Positions 36,835 through 49,017 of a DNA stretch of 64,000 bases are shown here, in pieces; position 1 is the first letter of the stretch; the number at the start of each line of letters is the position of its first letter. The notes under the pieces are model-generated. The model did no database searches and had not been told where the DNA came from. It saw nothing but the letters and a program-made list of their open reading frames with translations. The stretch is from Pseudomonadota bacterium (lineage in GTDB: Bacteria > Pseudomonadota > Alphaproteobacteria > Caulobacterales > Caulobacteraceae), in the NCBI GenBank assembly GCA_018241335.1, contig JAFEEA010000001.1, positions 746-64,745 on the forward strand. The letters are read 5' to 3'. Made by a program: the position numbers and the translations under genes.

Positions 36835-39800
36835 GTGACCGCCTACGCCGAGCTCCAGGCCACCAGCAACTTCAGCTTCCTGCGCGGGGCCTCGCACCCG
36901 GGGGAGCTGGTGACGGCGGCCAAGGCGCTGGGGTTGGCGGCCATCGGCATCGCCGACCGCAACACCCTGGCCGGGGTGGTGCGCGCCTGGACCAAGGGCC
37001 GGGAGATCGGCCAGCGGGTGCTGACCGGCTGCCGTCTGGATTTCGCGGACGGCGCCCCCAGCGTCATCGTCTATCCCACCGACCGCGAGGCCTATGGCCG
37101 CCTGACCCGGCTGCTGACCCTGGGCCAGCGCAAGTCCAAAAAGGGCGAGTGCCATCTCACCTGGGCGGACCTGTGGGACCACGCCGAGGGCCAGCTGATG
37201 CTGGTGATCCCTCCGGCGATCCTGGACGGTCCCTTCGAGGCCGACCTGGCCCGCCTGGCCGGCGCCTTTCCCGGCTCGGTCTGGCTGGTCGCCGCCCGGC
37301 CCTACGGGGCCCAGGACCTGAGGCGCGTCGCCGCCCTCGACGCCCTGGCCCGGCGGGCGGGGGCGCCGATGGTCGCCGCCAACGACGTCCTCTACCACGG
37401 CCCCGAGCGGCGGCCGCTGCAGGACGTGCTGACCTGCGTGCGCGAGAAGTGCGTGATCCAGGACGCCGGCCTTCGCCTGGAGGCCAACGCCGAACGGCAC
37501 CTGAAGCCGCCGGCCGAGATGGCGCGCCTGTTCGCCGCCTGGCCCGAGGCGGTGGCCCGTTCGGCCGAGATCGCCCAGCGGGTGCGTTTCGACCTTTCGC
37601 AGCTGCGCTACGAATATCCCGACGAGCCCGTGCCTCCCGGCAAGACGGCCATGGAGCACCTGATCCACCTGGCCTGGGAGGGCGCGCGCTGGCGCTATCC
37701 GGGCGGCGTGCCGGACAAGGTCAAGGCGCTGCTGGGCAAGGAACTGACCCTGATCGAGGAGCTGGGCTACCCCAACTACTTCCTCACCGTGCATGATATC
37801 GTGAAGTGGGCGCGCGCCCAGGGCATCCTCTGCCAGGGACGCGGCTCGGCGGCCAATTCCTCGGTCTGCTTCTGCCTGGGGGTGACGGCCGTCGACCCCT
37901 GCAAGAAGGACCACGACGTCCTCTTCGAGCGCTTCATCTCCAAGGAGCGCGACGAACCGCCCGACATCGACGTGGATTTCGAACACGAGCGGCGCGAGCT
38001 GGTCATGCAGTACGTCTACGAGCGCTATGGCCGCGAACGGGCGGCCATCGTGGCGACGGTGATCCACTACCGCCCGCGCAGCGCCATCCGCGACGTGGGC
38101 AAGGCGCTGGGCCTGACCGAGGACGTCACCGCGGCCCTGGCCAACACCGTCTGGGGCAGCTGGGGCGACAGCCTGCCCGACGACCACATCCGCCAGGCCG
38201 GGCTGGACCCGGCGAACCCCGAAATCCGCCGCGCCACGGCCCTTGCCACCGAGCTGCTGGGCTTTCCGCGCCACCTGTCGCAGCACGTGGGCGGTTTCGT
38301 CCTGACCCAGCGGCGGCTGGACGAGACCGTGCCCATCGGCAACGCCGCCATGGACGATCGCACCTTCATCGAGTGGGACAAGGACGACATCGACGAGCTG
38401 GGCCTGATGAAGGTCGACGTCCTGGCCCTGGGCATGCTGACGGCCATCAAACGAGCCATGACCATGCTGGTGGAGGACCACGGCCGGATAATCGAGGACA
38501 TGGCCGACATCCCGGAGGAGGACACGGCCGTCTACGACATGCTGTGCAAGGCCGACTCCGTGGGCGTCTTCCAGGTGGAGAGCCGGGCCCAGATGTCGAT
38601 GCTGCCACGCCTGAAGCCGCGCGAGTTCTACGACCTGGTGATCGAGGTGGCGATCGTGCGGCCGGGACCAATCCAGGGCGACATGGTGCATCCGTACCTG
38701 CGCCGCCGCGACGGGCTGGAGCCGGTGACCTTCCCCGCCCCTTCGCCCGAGCACGGCCCGCCCGACGAGCTGACGGCGGTGCTGGGCAAGACCAAGGGCG
38801 TGCCCCTGTTTCAGGAACAGGCCATGAAGCTGGCCATGGAGGCGGCCCGCTTCACGCCCGAGCAGGCCAATGGCCTTCGCCGGTCCATGGCCACCTTCCG
38901 CAATCACGGCAACGTCGGCGACTACGGGCGCATGTTCGTCGAGGGCATGATCCGGCGCGGCTACGACCCCAAGTTCGCCATGGACTGTTTCAAGCAGATC
39001 GAGGGCTTCGGCTCCTACGGCTTTCCCGAGAGCCACGCGGTCAGCTTCGCCAAGCTTGTCTATGTCTCGGCCTGGATCAAACGCCACTATCCGGACGTGT
39101 TCCTGGCCGCGATGCTGAACAGCCAGCCCATGGGCTTCTACCAGCCCGCCCAGCTGGTCCGCGACGCCAAGGAACATGGGGTGACGGTGCTGGCGCCCGA
39201 CATCCTCCACAGCGACTGGGATTCGAAACTGGCGGCGGCTTCGCCGCCTGTCCCTCCCCATAAAGGGGAGGGAGGAATTCAACTCCGTCCCGTCCGCTTG
39301 GGCCTTCGCCAGATCACCGGCCTGAAGGAGGACGAGGTCCGGCGCCTGGCCGCGGCGCGCGAGGCCGGGGCGCGGACGTTGGAAGCGATCGCCGTGCGCG
39401 CCCAGCTGTCGCGCCGCGCCCTGGAGCTGCTGGCCGAAGCGGACGCCCTGCGCTCCCTGGGCCTGGACCGGCGCGAGGGGCTGTGGGCGGTCAAGGGCCT
39501 GGCGCCCGAGGTCAAGACCCCCGTGGAGGCGCCGCTGCTGGCCCTGATGGGTCCCGCGGCCGAGGCGCCGGCCGATCTGCCGGCAATGCCCCTGCCGGCG
39601 CATGTGCACGAGGACTACCGCACCGCTGGCCTGTCGCTGAAGGCGCACCCGTGCCGGTTCTTCCGGCCCCAGCTCACCCGCCTGGGGGCGGTGACGGCCG
39701 AACGGCTGAAGACCATGAAGGACGGCCAACGGGTGACCATCGGCGGCCTGGTGCTGATCCGCCAGCGGCCGGGCACCGCCAAGGGGGTGGTGTTCGTCAC

Positions 39801-40059
39801 CCTGGAGGACGAGACCGGCGCGGCCAACGCCGTGGTCTGGCGCGACGTCTTCACCGCCAACCGCCGGGCGGTGATGACCTCGGCCTTCCTGGTGGTGCAC
39901 GGCCGCCTGCAGGTGGCCAGCGGCGTGATCCACGTGGTGGCCGAACGCTTCACCGACCTGTCGGACCGCCTGGCCGAGCTGCGCGCGGAGGACGCCGTCG
40001 CCCCGCCGCCGCGGCCATCATCCAGCCCGCATCTGGTGCGCAGCCGGGACTTTCACTGA
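36835..40059 (+). CDS. dnaE2: Error-prone DNA polymerase DnaE2 (ImuC)
   Basis: [55 protein letters not shown] fold and terminal SRDFH. Confidence 0.97.
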   Translation: MTAYAELQATSNFSFLRGASHPGELVTAAKALGLAAIGIADRNTLAGVVRAWTKGREIGQRVLTGCRLDFADGAPSVIVYPTDREAYGRLTRLLTLGQRKSKKGECHLTWADLWDHAEGQLMLVIPPAILDGPFEADLARLAGAFPGSVWLVAARPYGAQDLRRVAALDALARRAGAPMVAANDVLYHGPERRPLQDVLTCVREKCVIQDAGLRLEANAERHLKPPAEMARLFAAWPEAVARSAEIAQRVRFDLSQLRYEYPDEPVPPGKTAMEHLIHLAWEGARWRYPGGVPDKVKALLGKELTLIEELGYPNYFLTVHDIVKWARAQGILCQGRGSAANSSVCFCLGVTAVDPCKKDHDVLFERFISKERDEPPDIDVDFEHERRELVMQYVYERYGRERAAIVATVIHYRPRSAIRDVGKALGLTEDVTAALANTVWGSWGDSLPDDHIRQAGLDPANPEIRRATALATELLGFPRHLSQHVGGFVLTQRRLDETVPIGNAAMDDRTFIEWDKDDIDELGLMKVDVLALGMLTAIKRAMTMLVEDHGRIIEDMADIPEEDTAVYDMLCKADSVGVFQVESRAQMSMLPRLKPREFYDLVIEVAIVRPGPIQGDMVHPYLRRRDGLEPVTFPAPSPEHGPPDELTAVLGKTKGVPLFQEQAMKLAMEAARFTPEQANGLRRSMATFRNHGNVGDYGRMFVEGMIRRGYDPKFAMDCFKQIEGFGSYGFPESHAVSFAKLVYVSAWIKRHYPDVFLAAMLNSQPMGFYQPAQLVRDAKEHGVTVLAPDILHSDWDSKLAAASPPVPPHKGEGGIQLRPVRLGLRQITGLKEDEVRRLAAAREAGARTLEAIAVRAQLSRRALELLAEADALRSLGLDRREGLWAVKGLAPEVKTPVEAPLLALMGPAAEAPADLPAMPLPAHVHEDYRTAGLSLKAHPCRFFRPQLTRLGAVTAERLKTMKDGQRVTIGGLVLIRQRPGTAKGVVFVTLEDETGAANAVVWRDVFTANRRAVMTSAFLVVHGRLQVASGVIHVVAERFTDLSDRLAELRAEDAVAPPPRPSSSPHLVRSRDFH
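39251..39276 (+). repeat. Family A palindrome remnant in frame within dnaE2
   Basis: 39252-39276 matches 36808-36832 at 24/25 nt; encodes PPHKGEG. Confidence 0.8.
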
Positions 40060-40062
40060 AGG

Positions 40063-40093
40063 CGCTCCCCTCCGGTGAACCGAAGGGGAAGCG
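40063..40093. terminator. Imperfect hairpin between convergent dnaE2 and CsgG-like gene
   Basis: CGCTCCCCTCCGG-TGAA-CCGAAGGGGAAGCG. Confidence 0.4.
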
Positions 40094-40103
40094 AAACGCG
40101 AAC

Positions 40104-41036
40104 CTACCGCGGCGTGGCGTAGGCCGAGGACATCCAACCCCGGTTGCCGTTCTCGTCGTCGACCTCCATCCACACGCCATTGCGCTGGCCGGTGGGATAG
40201 ACCAGCTGGCCCTGGTGCACGGTAAAGCGGATGCGGGCGCTGGTGGACGGCCCCTCGCGCAGCTGCACGTCGGTGGTGGTGCGCTGGGCGGCGATCGGGG
40301 CGTTGGCCTGTTGGGCGCCGGGCTGCTGGTTCTGCATGTAGTGCACCAGGTCCACGAAGCCGTTGAAATAGGCCTGCATGATCACCTTGCCGATGTCGGT
40401 GTTGGTGTAGGCGCTGCCGGCCAGGCCGCCGAAGCCGCCCCAGCTGCCGCCCCAGCCGCCGGCGCCGAAGCCGACGTCGGTCTTCTTGGCGTTGCCCTCG
40501 GCGATGTAGAGCTGCTCGGTGGTGCGCGCGTCCACCAGGGTGATCAGGGTGTTGGCTTCCTTGCTCTGCACGCTGATCGAGCCGGCGAAGGCGCCGAAGC
40601 CGCCGGGCAGGAAGTGGCCGGCCATGCCGCCCAGGTTGCCGCCGCCGGAATTGGAGTTCTGGCGCGCGATGTCGGGGATCAGGAAGAAGTCAGCGGCCAG
40701 CACCTGGCCACGGCCGATGTTCGAGCCGCGCTGCAGGTCGCCCGAGTCGTTCAGGTCACGCTCCTGGTTGCGCATGGCCATGCCGCCGTTGCGGTCGACC
40801 ATCCGCAGGCAGCCCGACTTGAGCGCGAACAGCTTGAGCACCGCCTCGGGGTTGGACAGGCCCAGCGGCGTCCACCAGTCGCGATCCGGTTCCTTGACCG
40901 CCGCGGTGCCCAGCGGGCGGTCGCAGTGCGGCATGACGTCGGAGTTCACCGCCTGTCCGCTGGCGGCGAAAGCCTGGCCGGCCAGGCCGGCGACACCGAG
41001 GCCGAGCGCCATCGCGCCGGCGAGAATCTTACGCAT
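40104..41036 (-). CDS. Exported CsgG/HfaB-like protein with C-terminal SH3 domain
   Basis: Signal peptide, SGCLRMVDR, GSNIGRGQVLAADF, TLVDART; SH3-like VQLREGPS...NRGWMSS. Confidence 0.75.
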   Translation of the reverse strand: MRKILAGAMALGLGVAGLAGQAFAASGQAVNSDVMPHCDRPLGTAAVKEPDRDWWTPLGLSNPEAVLKLFALKSGCLRMVDRNGGMAMRNQERDLNDSGDLQRGSNIGRGQVLAADFFLIPDIARQNSNSGGGNLGGMAGHFLPGGFGAFAGSISVQSKEANTLITLVDARTTEQLYIAEGNAKKTDVGFGAGGWGGSWGGFGGLAGSAYTNTDIGKVIMQAYFNGFVDLVHYMQNQQPGAQQANAPIAAQRTTTDVQLREGPSTSARIRFTVHQGQLVYPTGQRNGVWMEVDDENGNRGWMSSAYATPR

Positions 41037-41111
41037 GAGTTTGGGGCCCCATCTGGTTTGCGGCCGACTCTAGCGGCTCGCATAGCACCGTTCAATGTTG
41101 GGGCGGTCGCT

Positions 41112-41126
41112 GAACGACGGATGAAC
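41112..41126 (-). promoter_or_regulatory. LexA box upstream of the CsgG-SH3 gene
   Basis: GAAC-GACGGAT-GAAC, 76 nt upstream of the start; a minus-strand TTGAAC-N15-GCTAGAGT promoter-like motif lies at 41095-41067. Confidence 0.55.
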
Positions 41127-41129
41127 GGT

Positions 41130-41156
41130 CCTCCCTCCCCGGCGCGGGGAGGGAGG
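41130..41156. repeat. Single-arm family A palindrome (possible terminator of the FadN-type gene)
   Basis: CCTCCCTCCCC-GGCGC-GGGGAGGGAGG, perfect 11-bp stem. Confidence 0.6.
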
Positions 41157-41165
41157 GCGCGATCG

Positions 41166-43238
<2,073 letters not shown>

Positions 43239-43376
43239 GGCGTTTCCCTCGGAGGCCTTGGCGGACAAGGCCGTGTCGGCCCAGTCCTTGAATTCAAACG
43301 GGCGTTATAGGCCCCAAGGCCGAGGTCCGCGTCAATGGGGACGCGGCGTCAGTTCGGCGGGCGCGCCTCGGGGCCT

Positions 43377-44318
43377 TCAGAACACCAGCCGCCAGGTCTC
43401 GCTCTCGATGCTGGGCCCGAAGTCGTCGTGCCAGTGGCTTTCCTCCAGCACGAAGCCGCGGCTGGCGTAGATGGCGCGTGCGGCCGTCAGCACCGTGTGG
43501 GTCCAGAGCACGACCTCGCGGTATCCCTCGGCCCGGGCGAAGGCCAGGCATGCGTCGGTCAGCCGTTGGCCGAGGCCAAGGCCCCGCGCCTCCGGCTCGA
43601 GCAGCAGAAGGCGAAGGCGCGCCACGCCGGGCGCGTCCGGCTCCGGGACCAGGAAGACGCAGCCCACGCGGCGGCCCTCCAGTTCGGCGATCCAGCCGCG
43701 GGCGCCGGGCCACTGCATGGCCCGGACCAGTTGGGCGGCCATCTCGGCCACCACCGCCTCGAACTCGGGGCCCCAGCCGTACTCGCGCCCATAGAGCACA
43801 GCATGGCGCTCAACCACCCAGCCGAGGTCTCCAGGGACCGGATCGCGCAGCTTCACGGCCGCCGCGCGCGCCGCCCGGTCCGGCGTCGGGTCCAGGACGC
43901 CGCGCACCAGGGCCATGGCGGCGGTGACGTCGGCGCGCTGGTCGTCGCTTAGGGTGGACAGCATCTGTCGCCAGCGGGCGACCGTGGTTTCGTTCAGGGT
44001 GTCGAAGCCGGCCCGCCCGGTCGCGGTCAGGGTCAGTCTTGCGCTGCGCCCATCCGACGGGTCGGGGGTCCGGATGACGACCCCGGTCTCCTCGAAGCGC
44101 CGCAGGATCCGGCTCAGGTAGCCGGCGTCGAGGTCCAGCGCCTCGCCCAGGCGCTTGGCGGTCTGGTCCCGGCTCTGCGCCAGTTCGTGCAGCACCCGCG
44201 CCTCCCCCAGGGTGAAGCCGCTTCCCAGGTGGGTCTCGTCCAGCGCCCCCACCTTGCGGGTGTAGAACCGGGTGAAGTCACGGACGGCGGCGACGGTCTC
44301 GGCGAGCTCTGGCGGCAT
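43377..44318 (-). CDS. Bifunctional MarR-HTH / GNAT protein
   Basis: VRDFTRFYT, EARVLHEL, LDAGYLSRIL, then GDLGWVVERHAVLY, LRLLLLEPEARGLGLG. Confidence 0.9.
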   Translation of the reverse strand: MPPELAETVAAVRDFTRFYTRKVGALDETHLGSGFTLGEARVLHELAQSRDQTAKRLGEALDLDAGYLSRILRRFEETGVVIRTPDPSDGRSARLTLTATGRAGFDTLNETTVARWRQMLSTLSDDQRADVTAAMALVRGVLDPTPDRAARAAAVKLRDPVPGDLGWVVERHAVLYGREYGWGPEFEAVVAEMAAQLVRAMQWPGARGWIAELEGRRVGCVFLVPEPDAPGVARLRLLLLEPEARGLGLGQRLTDACLAFARAEGYREVVLWTHTVLTAARAIYASRGFVLEESHWHDDFGPSIESETWRLVF

Positions 44319-44366
44319 GGCGGTCCTCCCGCCGCCGAGCGTCGTTCCGATACTTGCCTGAGTCAA

Positions 44367-45203
44367 CTATTTTGAGCGGGCCAGGGTCGCCGCATAGGCC
44401 GCGATGGGCAGGCGGCGGCCCAGCAGGGCCAGCAGGTCATCGTACTCGGCGCCCCGGAACACGTGCTGGGCCCGGTCGAGCTCGGCCTCGAAGAGGGCGT
44501 CGCCGGATGTGTTGCGGCCGGTCACCGCATAAACGTACTGCAGCGGCGCATCGATAAGGGCGATCGGTTCGTCCTGCTGGAGGCGGCGCAGCACGTCTGA
44601 GTCCTCGGCCCGGGCGGCTGCCGGATAGGTTCGCGCCGCATCGCGCCACACCGCCATTGTCCCTTCGCAGATCCGCCGGCGGCTCAGGGCCGCCAGCCCG
44701 CGCGCCGGCCACCAGGTCAGCCATCGATCCAGGAAGGCCGCGCTGGCTCCGCTGGCGCGCAGGACCGCCACGGCGGTGGCGATACGGCCGGGGTCTGACA
44801 GGTCGTCGTCGTCCCACTGGACCAGGATCTCGCCCCTCGCCCGGGCCGCCGCCAGGTTGCGAAGGTCCCCCAGGGCCAGGCCCGGCCCCACGGAGGCCAG
44901 CACCGCACGAGCCACGCCCGCCTCGGCCAGCAGGGCCTGGATCGCGCGCGGGTCGCCCTCGGCGGTGACCACCACCAGCTCCCGTTCGGCCCAGGTCTGG
45001 CGCTGGTAGCTCTCGACGGCCTGGCGCATCAGGTCCAGATCGCCTCGCGTGACCATCAGGCACGACGCCAGCGGCGCCGCCGTCGTTGTCACGAGCCTGG
45101 GCGGCACCGGCCCCCGGGCGGGATGCAGGACCTCGTAACGAGCCTCGAAGGCTTCCGAGCAGGGTGATACGCCAAGGCTTCGCAGGCGTTCGCTGATGTC
45201 CAT
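44367..45203 (-). CDS. GT2 family glycosyltransferase
   Basis: SCLMVT, QRQTWAERELVVV, GDLRN, QWDDDDLSDPGRI. Confidence 0.82.
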   Translation of the reverse strand: MDISERLRSLGVSPCSEAFEARYEVLHPARGPVPPRLVTTTAAPLASCLMVTRGDLDLMRQAVESYQRQTWAERELVVVTAEGDPRAIQALLAEAGVARAVLASVGPGLALGDLRNLAAARARGEILVQWDDDDLSDPGRIATAVAVLRASGASAAFLDRWLTWWPARGLAALSRRRICEGTMAVWRDAARTYPAAARAEDSDVLRRLQQDEPIALIDAPLQYVYAVTGRNTSGDALFEAELDRAQHVFRGAEYDDLLALLGRRLPIAAYAATLARSK

Positions 45204-45333
45204 CCAGGGTCGCCTCTTCGATCGCGTCTGGCGCGTGATCGAGCGGGGAAACCGTTAGCACGGATTCGCACAGTTGCTTTCGCCGGCGCGGATTGGCCAG
45301 ACGGTCGGTCAGCCGACGGCCGAGTCGGGATCG

Positions 45334-47808
45334 CTAGCCGACCACCGCGGCCCGCCCCTCTTCGCCCGCCGCGTCGAGCACCTCCTCCAGCGCGGCGTAG
45401 AGGCGGCCGACCTCGATCGGTTTGGCGACCACGGCGTCCATGCCACAGGCGTGGTAGGCCTCGGTTTGGTGCGACATGGCGTTGGCGGTCAGGGCGATGA
45501 TCGGCGTGCGCCGGCGGCCGCTGGCGGCTTCCTCGGCGCGAATGGTCCCGGCGGCGGTGGGGCCGTCCATCACCGGCATCTGGATGTCCATCAGGATCAC
45601 GTCCCACTGGCCGGCGCGCCAGGCCTCGACCGCCTCCAGCCCGTCGCCCACCACCATGGGTTCGACGCCCACCTGGTGCAGCAGGGTCTTGAGGACCAGC
45701 TGGTTCATCGCGTTGTCCTCGGCCGCCAGGATGCGCAGGGCGCGGGTCGGGGGGGCCAGTTCGGCCTCCGGCTCGCTGGGCGCGGCTGGGCGGCCGACGT
45801 GGGCGAGCCTGGGCAGGGGCAGGGTGACGGTGAAGGTCGAGCCCCGGCCGACGCCGCTCTCCACCTCGATTGTGCCGCCCATCAGCACCGCCAGTTCCTG
45901 GCAGATTGCAAGGCCCAGGCCCGTGCCGCCGTACTTGCGCGTGGTCGAGGCGTCGGCCTGGACGAACTTGTCGAACAGGAAGGGTATGCGCTCGGGCGCG
46001 ATGCCGACGCCGGTGTCGCTGACACGGACGACCAGGGTCTCGCCGGATCGGTCGACCCGAACCTCGACCTGGCCCTCGGGGGTGAACTTCAGGGCGTTAG
46101 AGACCAGATTGTAGAGAATCTGGCGCAGGCGGGTGGCGTCTCCCGCATAGACGCCGCGCGCGGCGTCCGTGACCTCGAGCGAGAAGCCGATGTCCTTCTC
46201 GGTCGCGAGGGTGGTGAAGGCCTGGGCGACGCCGCCGGCGATCTCCTCGATGTCGCACTCGCCGTCCTCGAGCTCCAGCTTGCCGGACTCGATCTTGGAC
46301 AGGTCCAGGAGGTCGTTGAGGATCGCCAGCAGGGCGCCGCCGGCCTTCTGGATCACCTGCAGGCGTTCGGCCTGGACCGGGCTCAGCTCATCGCGGGCCA
46401 TGGCCTGCACCATGCCCAGCACGCCGTTCAGGGGGGTGCGGATCTCGTGGCTCATGGTGGCCAGGAAAGCGCTCTTGGCGGCGCCGCCGGCCTCGGCCGC
46501 GTCCTTGGAGTCGATCAACTCGCGCTCGGCCTGGATCAGGCCGTCAATCAGGCGCTGCTGAGCATCCTCGGCGGCCCGGTGGCGGGAGATATCCACCATC
46601 ATGTTGACGCCGCCGATCACCTGCCCGAATTCGTCGTGCAGCGGTGTGGGATAGGGGGCGAAGGGCACGCGCACGCCATCCGGCCGTTCCAGGATGGCCT
46701 CGACGTCGCGAACGGGGATACCGGTCCTCAGAGTCACCGCCATCGGGCAGTCCTCGGGGGCCAGAGGCTCGCCGTCCATGTGGTAGAGCTTCCAGCTGCC
46801 GCACCATCGGGTCTCGAGCAGCGGCGGGCGATGGCCCCAGAGGTCGACGGCGGCCTGATTGTAGAAGGTCAGCCGGCCCTCGCCGTCGGTGGTGTAGACG
46901 GCGGTCGGCAGGGCCTGCAGAAGTTCCGACAGGCGCCGGGCGCTGTCGCTGACCTGGGCCTCGTTGCGCTTGCGGGCAGTGATGTCACGGGTCACCGAAA
47001 GCTGCACCAGGCCCCATAGCGGGGTCTTCAACGGTACGGCGTGGGTCTCCAGCCAACGGCGGCGGCCGTCCAGGCCGATGACCTCGTATTCCCAGTTCAG
47101 CGAGGCGCCGCCGCACACCCGGGTGTGGTTCTCGCGCCACGCCGCAACGTGGGCCGGATCGAGGAACTCGAAGATGCTGGCGCCGATCAGGTCTGCCGGG
47201 CTCGAAGCGCCCACCATGCGCGCGCCCGCGGCGTTGATGCGTAGCAACTCGCCGTTCTCGGCCACCACCTTCACGCAATCGGGCGTGTGGTCGTAGAGGG
47301 CGCGCAGCAGCACGTGCTGCTGATGGATGGCGGCCTCGGCGTCCTTGCGCTCGGTGATGTCGCGCAGGGCCATGACCGCGCCGGTGACCTCGCCCCCGGC
47401 ATCCTTCAGCAGATTGACGTCGGCGATGACGCAAAACCTGGGCGCGCCTGGCCGGTCGATCCAGACCTCGCGGTTGCGCACGGGCAGGCCTGTGCGAAGC
47501 GCCAGGGCGACGGGCGTTTCCTCCAGGTCGAGGGGACGGCCTTCGGACGAGAACAGGCGCGGCGGCGCCCCGGCCAACGGCCCCCACAGCTCGGCGCCCT
47601 CGCGGTTGCACTGTACGACCATGCCGGCCGTGTCACAGATCAGGATGGCGGCGGGCAGCAGGTCGAGCCGCGCCGCTTCCGGCAAGCCGGCGGGCGCCGC
47701 CCCGCCATTCGCAGTCGATGGCCGATCCAACCCCGTCACTCCCAACACCCCGTCGTCGCGGACAGGGTCAGCGCCCAGGTCCCCTAGGACCGCCTGTCCC
47801 GCGGTCAC
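45334..47808 (-). CDS. Cytoplasmic triple-PAS hybrid histidine kinase
   Basis: Three PAS/PAC units (ending RDITER, RDITAR, VDISR), [15 protein letters not shown], HATPase boxes, LMDIQMP receiver. Confidence 0.92.
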   Translation of the reverse strand: MTAGQAVLGDLGADPVRDDGVLGVTGLDRPSTANGGAAPAGLPEAARLDLLPAAILICDTAGMVVQCNREGAELWGPLAGAPPRLFSSEGRPLDLEETPVALALRTGLPVRNREVWIDRPGAPRFCVIADVNLLKDAGGEVTGAVMALRDITERKDAEAAIHQQHVLLRALYDHTPDCVKVVAENGELLRINAAGARMVGASSPADLIGASIFEFLDPAHVAAWRENHTRVCGGASLNWEYEVIGLDGRRRWLETHAVPLKTPLWGLVQLSVTRDITARKRNEAQVSDSARRLSELLQALPTAVYTTDGEGRLTFYNQAAVDLWGHRPPLLETRWCGSWKLYHMDGEPLAPEDCPMAVTLRTGIPVRDVEAILERPDGVRVPFAPYPTPLHDEFGQVIGGVNMMVDISRHRAAEDAQQRLIDGLIQAERELIDSKDAAEAGGAAKSAFLATMSHEIRTPLNGVLGMVQAMARDELSPVQAERLQVIQKAGGALLAILNDLLDLSKIESGKLELEDGECDIEEIAGGVAQAFTTLATEKDIGFSLEVTDAARGVYAGDATRLRQILYNLVSNALKFTPEGQVEVRVDRSGETLVVRVSDTGVGIAPERIPFLFDKFVQADASTTRKYGGTGLGLAICQELAVLMGGTIEVESGVGRGSTFTVTLPLPRLAHVGRPAAPSEPEAELAPPTRALRILAAEDNAMNQLVLKTLLHQVGVEPMVVGDGLEAVEAWRAGQWDVILMDIQMPVMDGPTAAGTIRAEEAASGRRRTPIIALTANAMSHQTEAYHACGMDAVVAKPIEVGRLYAALEEVLDAAGEEGRAAVVG

Positions 47809-47878
47809 GCCGCGAGACTAACCGGAGCTCGACGAAGAAAGTGTTGAAGCTCTCGCTCCGCGCGTAAATTGGAGGTGG

Positions 47879-48841
47879 TCAGATCGTCTTCAGCCACGCC
47901 AGAAGGCGTTCGTTGACCTCGACCGGGCGCTCCTGCTGGGTCCAGTGGCCGCAGCCGGGCAGGATGTCCGCCCCGCGCAGGTCGGTCATCTCGGCCTTCA
48001 TCATCGCCACCAGGTCGCCGCGACCCAGCATCGACAGCACAAGGTCGCGCTCGCCGCCTATGAACAAGGACGGCTGCTCGATCTTGCGGCCCTTGAAGCC
48101 CTGCAGCCATTCGAAGTCGGCGTCGTGATTGCGATAGCGGTTCAGTGGACCGCGGAAGCCCGAGGCCTCGAACTCGCCGACGAAGTAGTCGAGGTCCGCC
48201 GGCGTCAACCAGGCCGGGAAGGGGTCGGGGTCCGGCAGGCCCTTGAGCAGCGGATCGCCGTGGACCTTGTCGTTCGGCCAGTGGTGCGCCCCCTCGCCGC
48301 TGATCGCGTAGTAGAAGCGGCGCAGGGAATTGCGCACGTCCTTCTCCAGCTCCGCTTCGGCGACGCCGGGTTCCTGGAAATAGGCCTGGTAGAAGAACTT
48401 CCCCTGGCTGGTGAACACCGCCTCGAACATCTCGCGGAACGAGCGCGCCGGAATGCCGGTGTAGGGCACCGACAGCCCGGCGACGGCCTTGATCCGGTCG
48501 GGGCGGGTGAGGGCGGTGTTCCAGACGATCGGAGCGCCCCAATCGTGGCCGATCAAGGTGGCGCGCTGGCCGGGCGAGAGGGCCTCGACGAGGTTCGCCA
48601 CGTCGGCGGTGATCCGCTCCATGGCGTAGGCCTCGACAGGGTAAGGCTTGTCCGAACCACCGTAGCCGCGCACGTCGATGGCGCAGGCGGTAAAGCCGGC
48701 CTCGGCGATCGGCCCGATCTGGTGGCGCCAGGAGTACCAGGACTCCGGAAAGCCATGCACCATGATCACCAGCGGGCCCGAACCCTCGATGGCGCAGCGC
48801 AGGCTGACCTCGCCGACGTCGACGGTCTTGAAAGTGGTCAT
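47879..48841 (-). CDS. Epoxide hydrolase-like alpha/beta hydrolase
   Basis: HGFPE, DVRGYG, GHDWGA, NRYRN, GERD, GCGHWTQQE. Confidence 0.9.
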   Translation of the reverse strand: MTTFKTVDVGEVSLRCAIEGSGPLVIMVHGFPESWYSWRHQIGPIAEAGFTACAIDVRGYGGSDKPYPVEAYAMERITADVANLVEALSPGQRATLIGHDWGAPIVWNTALTRPDRIKAVAGLSVPYTGIPARSFREMFEAVFTSQGKFFYQAYFQEPGVAEAELEKDVRNSLRRFYYAISGEGAHHWPNDKVHGDPLLKGLPDPDPFPAWLTPADLDYFVGEFEASGFRGPLNRYRNHDADFEWLQGFKGRKIEQPSLFIGGERDLVLSMLGRGDLVAMMKAEMTDLRGADILPGCGHWTQQERPVEVNERLLAWLKTI

Positions 48842-49017
48842 GACGGTCCCCCTGATTTGCGTGGCCGATTTGCGGACTTGCCGCCCGCAGCGTCACCTTG
48901 GCGACTGATAGACGCCTCACCGTCGGGGAAGCCAAGGCGTGCAATGACCCGCCGGTCTCTGTTATCGGTGTTCAGGAATTGGTCGGGCCCGCCGGGCCCG
49001 CCTGCGGAGGAAGAGCG

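Noticed and set aside
40104-41036. Naming this gene hfaB or csgG
   Set aside because: No hfaA/hfaD or csg neighbours, no lipobox and an extra SH3 domain; only family-level similarity is supportable.
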